A stretch of DNA of 64,000 nt, from sequence record NC_019517.1; one strand, written 5' to 3'. Origin of the DNA: Escherichia phage FV3. The notes below the pieces were generated by a model. It ran no database searches, had not been told where the DNA came from, and saw only the letters and a list, made by a program, of their open reading frames with translations. Shown here one piece after another: positions 53,958 through 62,796 of this stretch; the first letter of the stretch is position 1, and each line of letters begins with the position of its first letter. The position numbers were made by a program, and so were the translations under genes.

Positions 53958-54968
53958 TTAGCCACCGTTTTTCAGAGTTACTTTAACAACCAACTCTGGA
54001 CGGGTGTTAACTGCCAACATGGAAGTTTCAGATTCAATCTTCTCTTCACGCAGGTATGCAGAGTGTTTGTACCACATGTACAGTTCCTGTGCTGGAGTGT
54101 TTGCTTCGTTAACATCATCTGCCGGAGCAAAGTGCAGCTGGAACATCTGATCAATACCCATCGGCAGAATGCGAGCTTCTTTCTTAGGAATATTGCCAGA
54201 GATATCTTCGATAAAGGTGATACCTTTATGTTCAAACACACGGTATACGCTGTCTTGACCGCCAGCACCCAGACGGCGACGCAGAGGTTCCTGAGCAGAG
54301 CCGTAGTAGGTGTATGCCAGTTCTACCAGCGGGTGATGAGTAACAGCGCTGAAGAACTCCGGTGAGCACAGAGCTACAATGCGATAGCCAGCTGCGTTGT
54401 CACCAGCTTGCAGTGCGATGTGCAGACGAGCTTCTTCCAGAACCTCCATAGGATCCTGATCTGCTTTTGCAGGGTCAATCTCAACAGACTTCTGAGACAC
54501 ACCCCACAGAGTGTAGTAATCATACTGGCAGGTAGCGTCACCCGGTGCATAGGATTTACCCAGAATAGCCTGGAACAGCGCTTTCTCACGCAGTGCTTCA
54601 TGGGAAACACGGATACGGCGAACAACGCGGGTTACTACGTCCTGAACAGTTTTCGGAGCATCAGGAGTGAAGTAACGACGGAAGTTCTGGACATCTGCAG
54701 CAGTGATGCCTTTATCCAGAGGGAAGAACGGGATGTTCAGGTTTTTAACCTGAGCACGTTCATTACCAACGTAGTTACGCTCACCACCACGACGGCGTGC
54801 CGGAATGTCGGTTACAACTTCATCAACACGCTCAATCTGAGCAATTGTTGAGGTGCCAAGACGAGTTTCGAACAGATCCATGCCGGTAATCAGGCGAAAT
54901 TGACGCGGAACAAGGTCCAGAGTAGCACCTAAATCGACAATGCCAAATTCATCTTTACGAGTAATCAT
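53958..54968 (-). CDS. Major capsid protein (putative, 336 aa)
   Basis: Position after scaffold and decoration-like genes; strong GGAGAAATAA RBS; followed by a strong terminator. Confidence 0.55.
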   Translation of the reverse strand: MITRKDEFGIVDLGATLDLVPRQFRLITGMDLFETRLGTSTIAQIERVDEVVTDIPARRRGGERNYVGNERAQVKNLNIPFFPLDKGITAADVQNFRRYFTPDAPKTVQDVVTRVVRRIRVSHEALREKALFQAILGKSYAPGDATCQYDYYTLWGVSQKSVEIDPAKADQDPMEVLEEARLHIALQAGDNAAGYRIVALCSPEFFSAVTHHPLVELAYTYYGSAQEPLRRRLGAGGQDSVYRVFEHKGITFIEDISGNIPKKEARILPMGIDQMFQLHFAPADDVNEANTPAQELYMWYKHSAYLREEKIESETSMLAVNTRPELVVKVTLKNGG

Positions 54969-55019
54969 TTATTTCTCCAAAGTAAAACTTAAATATTTTC
55001 CCGAACAATTTAGGGCTTA

Positions 55020-55406
55020 TTATTCACCAAGAGTCTGGACGTGAACTTTGTTACCTAAAGCTTCCAACTTATCCAGAATTCTTTGGTCTGCTTTAGCTCC
55101 ATCTGCACCTAACAGCATGTCTTTTGCAAAGGTAACACCATGGACGGCAACAACCAGGTTATAGGATTGTCCTACTTCTAACGGTTTTGCAAGATGGACC
55201 GTACCAGCATCTTTGACAAGAGCACGGTCAACAAGAACGCCGTACACATCAGAACCGTCTGCGTTAGCGATGGTACCAGTTTTTGTTACAACAGTGCCAG
55301 CGTGGTGATGCTCTGTCAGTGTTACCTTAATCTCTTTAAAATTGTAGCCAGCATCGCTAGAATCAACTTTGCCGAGCACGATATCAGAATATTGAGCGGT
55401 AATCAT
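55020..55406 (-). CDS. Putative head decoration/auxiliary protein (128 aa)
   Basis: Small gene between scaffold and capsid genes. Confidence 0.35.
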   Translation of the reverse strand: MITAQYSDIVLGKVDSSDAGYNFKEIKVTLTEHHHAGTVVTKTGTIANADGSDVYGVLVDRALVKDAGTVHLAKPLEVGQSYNLVVAVHGVTFAKDMLLGADGAKADQRILDKLEALGNKVHVQTLGE

Positions 55407-55426
55407 TTATTTCCCCCGTTAATGTC

Positions 55427-56404
55427 TTATTTGGTAGATTCTGCACGTGCACGAGCAAGTGCTTTTGCAACGTTTTCAGCAAGAATTTCTTCTGCGGATT
55501 TCGCAATATCATCCACAACAGGTTCGCCATCATTACCATGTTCAGTGGTGGCAAACTCTTCTTTGGTTTTATGCACCTCTGCTTCCAGCTCTTCAATTTT
55601 GGCTTGAGCTTTCTCCAGCATAGCTACGATAGGTTCGTTAGCTTTTTCCAGCATGAAGTCAACCAGGGTTGCGTGATCTTCTTCACCAACAAAGCTTAAA
55701 GCTTGAGCCTTAGTCAGCATTTTAGCTTTTTCAACTTCAACCTGGGCCTTGATGATTTCTTCAGCTTTACTCTGGGTTGCTTTCAGCTCTTCTACTTGCT
55801 TCAGCAGATCCAGATACTCTTTAGTTTTGGTTACGTCCACCGGATTCTCCTCGGTATTTGCGGATTTTGCAACATCATCCACCTCGGTAGTTTTATCCAC
55901 CTCAGCAGGTTCCTGTACCGCCTTGATCAGGTTCCCTTCTTTATCGAAGAGATCAGCGGTTACTTGTTCAAAAATCTGTTGTGTTTTTAACAGGCTGTAC
56001 TGATCTGCCACACTAAGCTGCTTGCCTTCTTTTGCAGCTTTATGAATGGTCACGTTATCACAACGCTCTTCCAGCCATGCAATACAAGACTCTGCGTCAG
56101 CTTGCGCCCATTCCCAATCAGGATGCTCTTTAGCCCAAGCCTCCTCTTCAATCTCAAAACCAAGCATGTGTGCAAGTGCTTTAGCATCATCATACCACAT
56201 ATCGAAGAAACGACGCAGGTATTCTTCAAAACTAAGCTCCACAGTAACTTGGCGAAGTGCCTTAACAATATCGTCTGTTAACTGCTCAGGCTTAAGATCA
56301 CTCTTCATCAAAAGAGATACAGGCCTGTTGTTAGCGCTATAGCCTTGCGCCTTATGGCACAGGGCAATCCCCTTCTCTTTAATAGTAATCGTTTTTTCAG
56401 ACAT
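55427..56404 (-). CDS. Putative scaffolding protein (325 aa)
   Basis: Acidic, coiled-coil-rich (many EELK/AKAE heptads); between portal and capsid. Confidence 0.5.
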   Translation of the reverse strand: MSEKTITIKEKGIALCHKAQGYSANNRPVSLLMKSDLKPEQLTDDIVKALRQVTVELSFEEYLRRFFDMWYDDAKALAHMLGFEIEEEAWAKEHPDWEWAQADAESCIAWLEERCDNVTIHKAAKEGKQLSVADQYSLLKTQQIFEQVTADLFDKEGNLIKAVQEPAEVDKTTEVDDVAKSANTEENPVDVTKTKEYLDLLKQVEELKATQSKAEEIIKAQVEVEKAKMLTKAQALSFVGEEDHATLVDFMLEKANEPIVAMLEKAQAKIEELEAEVHKTKEEFATTEHGNDGEPVVDDIAKSAEEILAENVAKALARARAESTK

Positions 56405-56823
56405 TATTCATTGCCCTCTTCTACAACACTGATCCCGAAGTTTACGTTGGTAATTTCACCAGTTTCTTCATCAACATTACCTGTTGCCTGAATGCTTAGG
56501 CCACCAACAATGCCAGCCTTCTTAGCTTCCCATAATTCAGGATTATTGTATTTAACTTTAGCAACCCAAGAGCCAGCCTTGATGACCTGCTCAGTGCCAA
56601 TTACTACAACATCAAACTCTTCTTGAATCCACGTCTTTTCAATAGTGAAAGCATCTGTAGAGGTCAAGTGAAAAAGGTTTTCAGAAACTAGGCCTGCGGC
56701 GTATGCTGCGTCCCAGTTATCTTTAGCCTTTTTGATGGTGTCTTTACTCATCCACTCGCCGTGAGCATCTTTAGTGTCAGGTTCGTAGATGATTTCGTAG
56801 GAAATCATTTCTTCCTGTGGCAT
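56404..56823 (-). CDS. Hypothetical head morphogenesis protein (about 139 aa; start uncertain)
   Basis: The track ORF overlaps the portal 3-prime end; an internal ATG with GGGGA RBS is proposed. Confidence 0.3.
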   Translation of the reverse strand: MPQEEMISYEIIYEPDTKDAHGEWMSKDTIKKAKDNWDAAYAAGLVSENLFHLTSTDAFTIEKTWIQEEFDVVVIGTEQVIKAGSWVAKVKYNNPELWEAKKAGIVGGLSIQATGNVDEETGEITNVNFGISVVEEGNE

Positions 56824-56890
56824 CTTATTCCCCATGTGGATTATTTTATCACGCCAAAGGAGGTTTTGCAACCCCCTGTGTTGATAATTT

Positions 56891-58447
56891 TTAATTTTCC
56901 ATGTTGGATATGGAATTATCTCTGGTTGATGACATCTTAGAAGTGCCGTTGCCAGTGGATCCTGCAGCCATTCCATCACCAGCCCTACTAATGTCCTGGC
57001 CCAAGAGCTTCATCAGCTCTTCCTGATCCATGTCCTCGTCAAATCTTTCATCAAACCCGCCTACTTCAAGAATCTTATTAATTACTGCAGGAGTTTTTGG
57101 CAAGTAACCTACAGCACCGATCCTCTGGACAAACTTGGAGAAGCTCTCCATATCCACTTCTTCAATCAGACCAGGTTTCAGTTTAGGCATATCATCATCT
57201 TCAAGGATGATACCATTCAATGCCAGAAGCTGCGGAATAAGATCTTTATTGAAGGCCTCAGTGATAATATCTATATCACGCTGAACAAAATGACCATGGA
57301 TAGACTGTTTTGACTCAGACAGAGAGAAGGATCCAACGTTATCGTTACCGAGGTTAATAAAGCCAGCACCGAAACGGTCAAGAATCGCCTTCTTACGGGC
57401 ATCAATCAAATCTTTAGTGGAATACTGCTTACCAATACCGTCAACCCCCTTCAGGGTCATGGAGTAAAGCTCTTTACCAGACTTATCTCTATCAGACGGA
57501 AGTATAAAGAAACTTTGCTCACCACTATGGGCGTTTGCTGCGTCAAGCATAAGGTCTGCAACCATTCTCCCTTCCATTGAATTAGGGTCAATGCTGGCCT
57601 TGTTTAAAATATTGGAAGGAATTTTCAGCTCAAGCACACCACCAAGGTCTTTAGAACAGCCAACAACCTCAAGGTTTTCAATCAGAACTTTCTCACGGAA
57701 AGATCTGTAGCAACCTATCATCGGTGACACACCTGCAGGGTTAGATTCTGTTCCTGACAGGGTCATGAGCATAAGCTTTTTAGCAGGGATGAAAATTTCA
57801 GGCTCATTAAAGCCTTTTGAAGGCATTGCAGCAAGAGGTCCAGCCCAGCGTGCATTCTGAGTGTTTAGAAATGCATTAGGTGATTGATAAATACCTGTCA
57901 GTGTTCTACTATTCTTGTCAAAGACAAACGGCTCTGATCTGGACAAACTGGCCTGAGGTCGGAATGCAATTTTATCAATAAGAAGCATCCCGGCATATTT
58001 ACCTTCTTTCTCTCTGCGGTATACTTTCTCAAACAGTGAAAAACCATACTCGTTAAAGGTAGCTGCGCTTCTTGCAATATCTCGAAGAGTTTGTTGGTTT
58101 GCCAAATTACGCAAAGAATACTCTATAAGCTCGGCAGCTTTCTTAGAGTCTTCACTTTTAACATTATAGAGGATCTTAAAATCATTGAATGCTTTCGTGA
58201 TGAAAACATATTTTGTATCTAAGGCAGTAGCAACTGTGGAATCACATTTCATAGTCTCCACGGTGGCAATCAGCTGAGGCCAACGCAATTCCTCAACCAT
58301 CATAGATTGCGATTCTGCCATAATTTGGGAAAGTGCGCCAGAACCGATCTCACTCATACGAACATTATGAGTTGGTGCGCCTGCGTTCCCAGATTTATTC
58401 ACAGTTTTGGCTGTGGCGTTGTGTTTCCTGCGGTTCTTTTTGGACAC
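56891..58447 (-). CDS. Portal protein (putative, 518 aa)
   Basis: Size and position immediately downstream of the large terminase. Confidence 0.55.
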   Translation of the reverse strand: MSKKNRRKHNATAKTVNKSGNAGAPTHNVRMSEIGSGALSQIMAESQSMMVEELRWPQLIATVETMKCDSTVATALDTKYVFITKAFNDFKILYNVKSEDSKKAAELIEYSLRNLANQQTLRDIARSAATFNEYGFSLFEKVYRREKEGKYAGMLLIDKIAFRPQASLSRSEPFVFDKNSRTLTGIYQSPNAFLNTQNARWAGPLAAMPSKGFNEPEIFIPAKKLMLMTLSGTESNPAGVSPMIGCYRSFREKVLIENLEVVGCSKDLGGVLELKIPSNILNKASIDPNSMEGRMVADLMLDAANAHSGEQSFFILPSDRDKSGKELYSMTLKGVDGIGKQYSTKDLIDARKKAILDRFGAGFINLGNDNVGSFSLSESKQSIHGHFVQRDIDIITEAFNKDLIPQLLALNGIILEDDDMPKLKPGLIEEVDMESFSKFVQRIGAVGYLPKTPAVINKILEVGGFDERFDEDMDQEELMKLLGQDISRAGDGMAAGSTGNGTSKMSSTRDNSISNMEN

Positions 58448-58460
58448 AAGCTTTACCCCT

Positions 58461-58500
58461 CAAAACAGTATAACAAAATAGCCCTCGTGTTAGAGGGCTA
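58461..58500 (-). terminator. Candidate terminator/attenuator between terminase and portal genes
   Basis: 8-bp TAGCCCTC/GAGGGCTA hairpin followed on the minus strand by TTTTGTTATACTGTTTTG. Confidence 0.35.
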
Positions 58501-58549
58501 GTATCTCCGATTACTCTATTCTACCACATCTAATTAAGATTGGCAACAC

Positions 58550-60097
58550 TTAGATAAAACGCTTGAACATAGAAGGTGATGAGATTGATGGAATCACACA
58601 AGGAAGTGCTACCTCCTCTTTCTCCAGGAAATTAATCGCAGAAGCTACACAGTCGGCCCAATCGTCTTTTCTGTTAAATGTTGATCTTTCCCCGTTGAAT
58701 TTTTCAAGTTCAGTCAGAAATGCTTCCAGAGTATCAGGATGGAAACTGGATTTTACAATCCTCACCATTCCTTGTTGGGCAAGATTGGCAAAAGGTGAGA
58801 ACCTTGTCAGTTTAGATTTGTTGGAAGGCATTGGGTCTTCTTCAACCCTAAACCCTTCGGCAAGCAAGGATCTGGAGGAGGTTAAGAACTCACTCTTACC
58901 TGCCTGACCGGGGTCCACAGAGAATACGATTATACAATCATCACCATCAAACTGCGCCTGTTTCCTGATGATCACATCTCGTTCACCAGCCTTTTTACAG
59001 AACTTGCCTTCCAGACCTGTGGAATACCTCCCGTCATCCACGTTCTCAGGACAATAATCCCCGGACAGGTAATAAAAGCCGTCGCTATCTTTACTTACCT
59101 TAACACTGGCGGTAAAGTCAGGAAATTTATTACCGGAAGTTCTCTCGGTTCCTGCTTTATCCCATGCCCTGCAAGACACTGATCCAAGGGGCACTCTATC
59201 GGCATCACGAAGGAAAGATCTTTGAAAATAGTTTGCACCCTCAGGCTTTGCAAACCAGTTACCATGGAGAAGCTGAGCTTTTTCAAGCTCGGGCAGACCT
59301 TCAAGGAAAGCAAGGTATTCTGGGTTGTCTCTTAAGCAGACAGGATTATCGAAGATTGTTGCGCCTATAAACGAGAATGACAACGGTCTCGGCTTGATCT
59401 CTACACCCAGTCCGTTAACCGTGGTGTATTTCTCTATCAACTCTTCTTTAGAGTCTCCCCAGATAAATTCACCGTCGCGTCGGATAAAATATCTTTTCTT
59501 ACCGCATTTCTCCGGATCTGGATACCCTTCATCGTCCAACCACCACCTAACCAGTTTGGCAAGCATGTGTTCTGAATCGGGGTTACAGCTGATAACCATT
59601 CTTGATGGATACTTTGACTGAGATCTCAGACGAGACATCAGATAGTCTATCTGCTCCCATTCGAACTGCGTGCCCTCATCGAAGCAAACCATGGTATACT
59701 CAAGCCCTTGATGGTTAAGCTTATCTTGTACATACTCCATGTGGCAGTATTTTACAACAGCTCCCTTTTTGCTTCTATCCCACTTGCCAGTGTTCGGATC
59801 AAACCGTGGAAAAATGAACTTATGATCCTTCTCTCTGAACTTTGGCTTAATGTTTTCAGGCAGATCACTATAAATAGCTACTGCTTTAGGCCATAGTCCA
59901 CCCTCACCTTCCAACTGTGGGGTTGTTCTTCGGAACATAACCACAGAGCTGTGGGGGTCATCAATAATTTTAAGTGGCATCAGCTGCAAGAGGAACGACT
60001 TGCCAGACCCTGCGGCACCGCCGATTACCAAAATATCTGCATCGTTTTCGAGGATCATCTTCTGCTTTTCAGAACACGGTCCGTAAATCTTAGACAT
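58550..60097 (-). CDS. terL: Terminase large subunit
   Basis: Walker A VIGGAAGSGKS near the N-terminus; 515 aa; followed by portal. Confidence 0.75.
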   Translation of the reverse strand: MSKIYGPCSEKQKMILENDADILVIGGAAGSGKSFLLQLMPLKIIDDPHSSVVMFRRTTPQLEGEGGLWPKAVAIYSDLPENIKPKFREKDHKFIFPRFDPNTGKWDRSKKGAVVKYCHMEYVQDKLNHQGLEYTMVCFDEGTQFEWEQIDYLMSRLRSQSKYPSRMVISCNPDSEHMLAKLVRWWLDDEGYPDPEKCGKKRYFIRRDGEFIWGDSKEELIEKYTTVNGLGVEIKPRPLSFSFIGATIFDNPVCLRDNPEYLAFLEGLPELEKAQLLHGNWFAKPEGANYFQRSFLRDADRVPLGSVSCRAWDKAGTERTSGNKFPDFTASVKVSKDSDGFYYLSGDYCPENVDDGRYSTGLEGKFCKKAGERDVIIRKQAQFDGDDCIIVFSVDPGQAGKSEFLTSSRSLLAEGFRVEEDPMPSNKSKLTRFSPFANLAQQGMVRIVKSSFHPDTLEAFLTELEKFNGERSTFNRKDDWADCVASAINFLEKEEVALPCVIPSISSPSMFKRFI

Positions 60098-60384
60098 TAA
60101 CCTCTCTCCTTTGGAAACAGTGTTCTAATATAGTCTTGCAAAATGATCAATTTAGCTCTATCATTGCTACAAGACAGATTATTATCCCTCATAATGCCAG
60201 AATTCACTGCATCTGGCGCACCTTTCTTCAAAGGCATAGCTTTAGCAGGTGGTTTCATGGCACCTTCTGGGGGTTTAACAATCAACCTTCCTACATCAGG
60301 AGGGTCAATCTTGTATTCTCTCTCAACGCTGGTTGCACACCCACATAATAACAAGCACACAATAAACAGTGTAGCAACTCTCAT
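60097..60384 (-). CDS. o-spanin-like outer-membrane lipoprotein (Rz1-like)
   Basis: Signal peptide with LLCGC lipobox-like motif; Pro-rich mature region; stop overlaps the terL start (TAATG). Confidence 0.5.
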   Translation of the reverse strand: MRVATLFIVCLLLCGCATSVEREYKIDPPDVGRLIVKPPEGAMKPPAKAMPLKKGAPDAVNSGIMRDNNLSCSNDRAKLIILQDYIRTLFPKERG

Positions 60385-60779
60385 TGATCCTCCTGATTGA
60401 TACTCTCATTATAAATATCTATAAGCTGATCAGGAAGTGTTGACTTCTTGCCTTCAGGTGACTGGAGGTAGATAATCTGCTTTTCTTTACCTGCCTTCTC
60501 AGCCATATTTAATTTATCCTGCAGATCAGAAAGGGATTTTTCAAGGTTTTTAACCTCCTCTGCGTGGCCCATTTTAATTTTGTCGGCCTGCTTTTGTTGC
60601 TGATCAAGGATCCGTTCCCACTTTAACTCTGTTGCTGACACACCTTCTTGGTAGGCATCATTAAGCTTAGAGTTAAACCAATACACGGCCCCAAGATAAG
60701 CTGTACCTAGCGCAGCTGCAAAAACTAAACCTTTTATGATCCCTCTATACCTGCTCAGCCATGTTAAAACTGAAATCAT
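60381..60779 (-). CDS. i-spanin-like protein (Rz-like)
   Basis: N-terminal TM segment GLVFAAALGTAYLGAVYWF then charged coiled-coil periplasmic domain; 4-nt overlap with the o-spanin start. Confidence 0.55.
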   Translation of the reverse strand: MISVLTWLSRYRGIIKGLVFAAALGTAYLGAVYWFNSKLNDAYQEGVSATELKWERILDQQQKQADKIKMGHAEEVKNLEKSLSDLQDKLNMAEKAGKEKQIIYLQSPEGKKSTLPDQLIDIYNESINQEDQ

Positions 60780-60790
60780 TTTAAGGCTCC

Positions 60791-60832
60791 AGAAACGAAA
60801 AAACCCCGCAGCTATACAGCTAACGGGGCGGG
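60791..60832 (-). terminator. Candidate terminator hairpin plus U6 tract
   Basis: CCCCG...CGGGG stem with long loop followed by TTTTTTCGTTTCT on the minus strand. Confidence 0.4.
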
Positions 60833-60884
60833 TTAAAATTGAGTAACCTAAATAGATCGAAACTAACTAAAAGGAGACTAATAC

Positions 60885-61154
60885 TTATCGAGGCACTCGG
60901 TGGATGATTCTAACAGTAACTGCATTTTCATTCATCAAGTATGCATCTACATCTCTGTAAATATAAAACTTCTGCTCACTATCAACAACACAAGCTACCG
61001 CCCCTTCAGAGTTGTCTTCAAAAAAGACCACCACTGCATCGCAGCTGAGTTCATGATATGACTCTCGAAGATTTACAGCCAGAGGATTGAAATCGTCACG
61101 AAAATCTACGGTATGGGTTGGATTTACACGCTCTACAATTTTAAGTGTATACAT
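60885..61154 (-). CDS. Hypothetical protein (89 aa)
   Basis: ORF between tRNA array and spanins. Confidence 0.4.
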   Translation of the reverse strand: MYTLKIVERVNPTHTVDFRDDFNPLAVNLRESYHELSCDAVVVFFEDNSEGAVACVVDSEQKFYIYRDVDAYLMNENAVTVRIIHRVPR

Positions 61155-61200
61155 TTTAAAGGTTCCTTTTGTTTGTATATGTTTAAAGTATAACTAAAGG

Positions 61201-61277
61201 TGGTCTCCACGGAGTGATTCGAACACTCGACCTCCTGATCCCAAATCAGGCGCTCTACCAAGCTGAGCTACGCGGAG
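61201..61277 (-). tRNA. tRNA-Pro (anticodon TGG)
   Basis: Manual cloverleaf: acceptor CTCCGCG/CGTGGAG, D-stem GCTC/GAGC, anticodon loop TTTGGGA, T-loop TTCGAAT, encoded CCA. Confidence 0.7.
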
Positions 61278-61287
61278 TATTTATAAT

Positions 61288-61362
61288 TTGGTGGCCCTGG
61301 GTGGAATTGAACCACCGTCTGGCGATTATGAGTCGCTTGCTTGAACCTTCCAGCTACAGGGC
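61288..61362 (-). tRNA. tRNA-Met (anticodon CAT)
   Basis: Acceptor GGCCCTG/CAGGGCC, anticodon loop CTCATAA, T-arm GGTGG-TTCAATT-CCACC, encoded CCA. Confidence 0.6.
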
Positions 61363-61363
61363 C

Positions 61364-61440
61364 ATGGTGCTGATAGCAGGACTCGAACCTGCAACCTATT
61401 GATTACAAATCAATTGCACTACCAATTGTGCTACATCAGC
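61364..61440 (-). tRNA. tRNA-Thr (anticodon TGT)
   Basis: Acceptor GCTGATG/TATCAGC, D-stem GCAC/GTGC, anticodon arm ATTGA-TTTGTAA-TCAAT, T-loop TTCGAGT, encoded CCA. Confidence 0.7.
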
Positions 61441-61443
61441 AAA

Positions 61444-61544
61444 AAGGTGCTAGGTGATGGAATCGAACCACCTATGTATTCAACGACTACCTCGTCTATT
61501 TTCAGGATTAAAAATCCTCGCCCTTGCCAAAGGGCTTACCTAGC
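61444..61544 (-). tRNA. Atypical tRNA-like gene (about 100 nt); anticodon loop reads TTT (Lys-like) with an about 30-nt variable-region insertion
   Basis: Perfect 7-bp acceptor pairing GCTAGGT/ACCTAGC about 100 nt apart, D-arm GCCC-TTTGGCAA-GGGC, anticodon arm AGGA-TTTTTAA-TCCT, T-arm GGTGG-TTCGATT-CCATC; CCA not fully encoded. Confidence 0.4.
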
Positions 61545-61642
61545 TCAGTATGTTGACCATGTTGCTAGTCGGCGATGACGACTGTAACATTTGATAATCC
61601 GGTTCTGCTTCCGGCTTTCGCTTAATTACAAGGTCAACAATA

Positions 61643-61733
61643 TGGCTGAGGGTAATGGAATCGAACCATCATCGAGTCATCCTCAACGGGACGGTTTTCA
61701 AGACCGCTTGAGCACCATTGCTCCCTACCCTCA
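61643..61733 (-). tRNA. tRNA-Ser (anticodon TGA), type II with long variable arm
   Basis: Acceptor TGAGGGT/ACCCTCA, anticodon region GCGGTCTTGAAAACCGT similar to E. coli tRNA-Ser(UGA), T-loop TTCGATT, encoded GCCA. Confidence 0.65.
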
Positions 61734-61847
61734 TTTATAAACAATACTGATAATGACACTGATTTTCGAGCAGTTAGTGACTAGTATAAACGACGATAAA
61801 TATCAATGCCATTATCTGTATGATTTATGCATTTAAAAATATAAATT

Positions 61848-61934
61848 TGGTGGGGAGTGGTGGAGTCGAACCACCCGAGTCGCAATGACAATAGATTTAC
61901 AGTCTACACCGCTACCTCTACGGGATAACTCCCC
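61848..61934 (-). tRNA. tRNA-Tyr (anticodon GTA), type II
   Basis: Acceptor GGGGAGT/ACTCCCC, anticodon arm AGACTGTAAATCT as in E. coli tRNA-Tyr, long variable arm, T-loop TTCGACT, encoded CCA. Confidence 0.7.
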
Positions 61935-61938
61935 AATT

Positions 61939-62013
61939 TGGCACCCCGTACTGGACTCGAACCAGTGTCAACGGCTTAGAAGGCCGCTGCTTTATCCACT
62001 AAGCTAACAGGGC
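61939..62013 (-). tRNA. tRNA-Arg (anticodon TCT)
   Basis: Acceptor GCCCTGT/ACGGGGT (with G-U pairs), D-stem GCTT/AAGC, anticodon arm GCGGC-CTTCTAA-GCCGT, T-arm ACTGG-TTCGAGT-CCAGT, encoded CCA. Confidence 0.65.
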
Positions 62014-62109
62014 ACTGGGTGGCTTTCTTTTACACCTTAGCCGCCAGAAAAGGTGGGAGACCATGTTTACAATATTACACTGTTAAGCAAAGTTTGTCAA
62101 GAAAATATT

Positions 62110-62451
62110 TTAACTATTGCCAACAGGTTGTATTTCTGTGGTAAACGGCATAAAAGGTGCTGGTTTTTCAGCCTCTTCCACTACCACCTCTTCTTCCTCT
62201 TCACCAAACATCTCATCATATTCTTCCTGCATTCGGTCTGCCTTATCAAGAACATACTCTGCAATGCTTTGACGAATATTTTGTTTGGTTTTCGGATCCA
62301 ACATCAGCTCTCTTAAAACTTTGTGAGCTTCTGGAACCATCGCTATAAAAGATTCCTTCATGTCAAGAATGTTCTTCTCTAGCTGAATGGCGTTGGACTC
62401 CTCTTTCAGAGGTCTGCCTCTACGGCGACGCTTTTTGGTTGTATCCGCCAT
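62110..62451 (-). CDS. Small DNA-binding-like protein (113 aa) with basic AT-hook-like N-terminus and acidic C-terminus
   Basis: Start trimmed to the ATG (MADTTKKRRRRGRPLKE) with GGAGGA RBS; C-terminal EEEEEVVVEE tract. Confidence 0.45.
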   Translation of the reverse strand: MADTTKKRRRRGRPLKEESNAIQLEKNILDMKESFIAMVPEAHKVLRELMLDPKTKQNIRQSIAEYVLDKADRMQEEYDEMFGEEEEEVVVEEAEKPAPFMPFTTEIQPVGNS

Positions 62452-62479
62452 GTTTCCTCCATTATCACGTGATAGGTGG

Positions 62480-62508
62480 ATTTTATCACGGCAAATACTG
62501 ATTGTCAA
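62480..62508 (-). promoter_or_regulatory. Sigma70-like promoter (-35 TTGACA, 17-nt spacer, -10 TAAAAT) upstream of the 113-aa gene and tRNA array
   Basis: Minus-strand TTGACA-N17-TAAAAT about 25 nt upstream of GGAGGA RBS. Confidence 0.45.
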
Positions 62509-62796
62509 GTTCGCCGCAGGGTGGTATTCCCTGCGACTTGCCTAGCGTCCTAGACCAACAAGACCCAACAAGTGGGTTACCAGAGACCCATTACCGCGCT
62601 TTGGCTCGACCTTATTACAGGTTGGCTGGGGTCACATCGTCATGTGCTGGCTGCCCCTACCATTTTAAGTGTGGTGCACTATCAAGCCCTCTAAGGGGAA
62701 CTCAGACTTCTCCGAACCCTGTTTCAAAGCATCCGGAGATAAAGCCATCAAACTCATCTTTAAATTGGATATTCATCATGATACACGAAAACAACC

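Noticed and set aside
61540-61640. Additional tRNA in the 95-nt gap between the atypical tRNA and tRNA-Ser, or a plus-strand tRNA starting at TAGCTCAGT
   Set aside because: No acceptor/T-arm pairing could be built on either strand; the TAGCTCAG-like string is the complement of the atypical tRNA 5-prime end.
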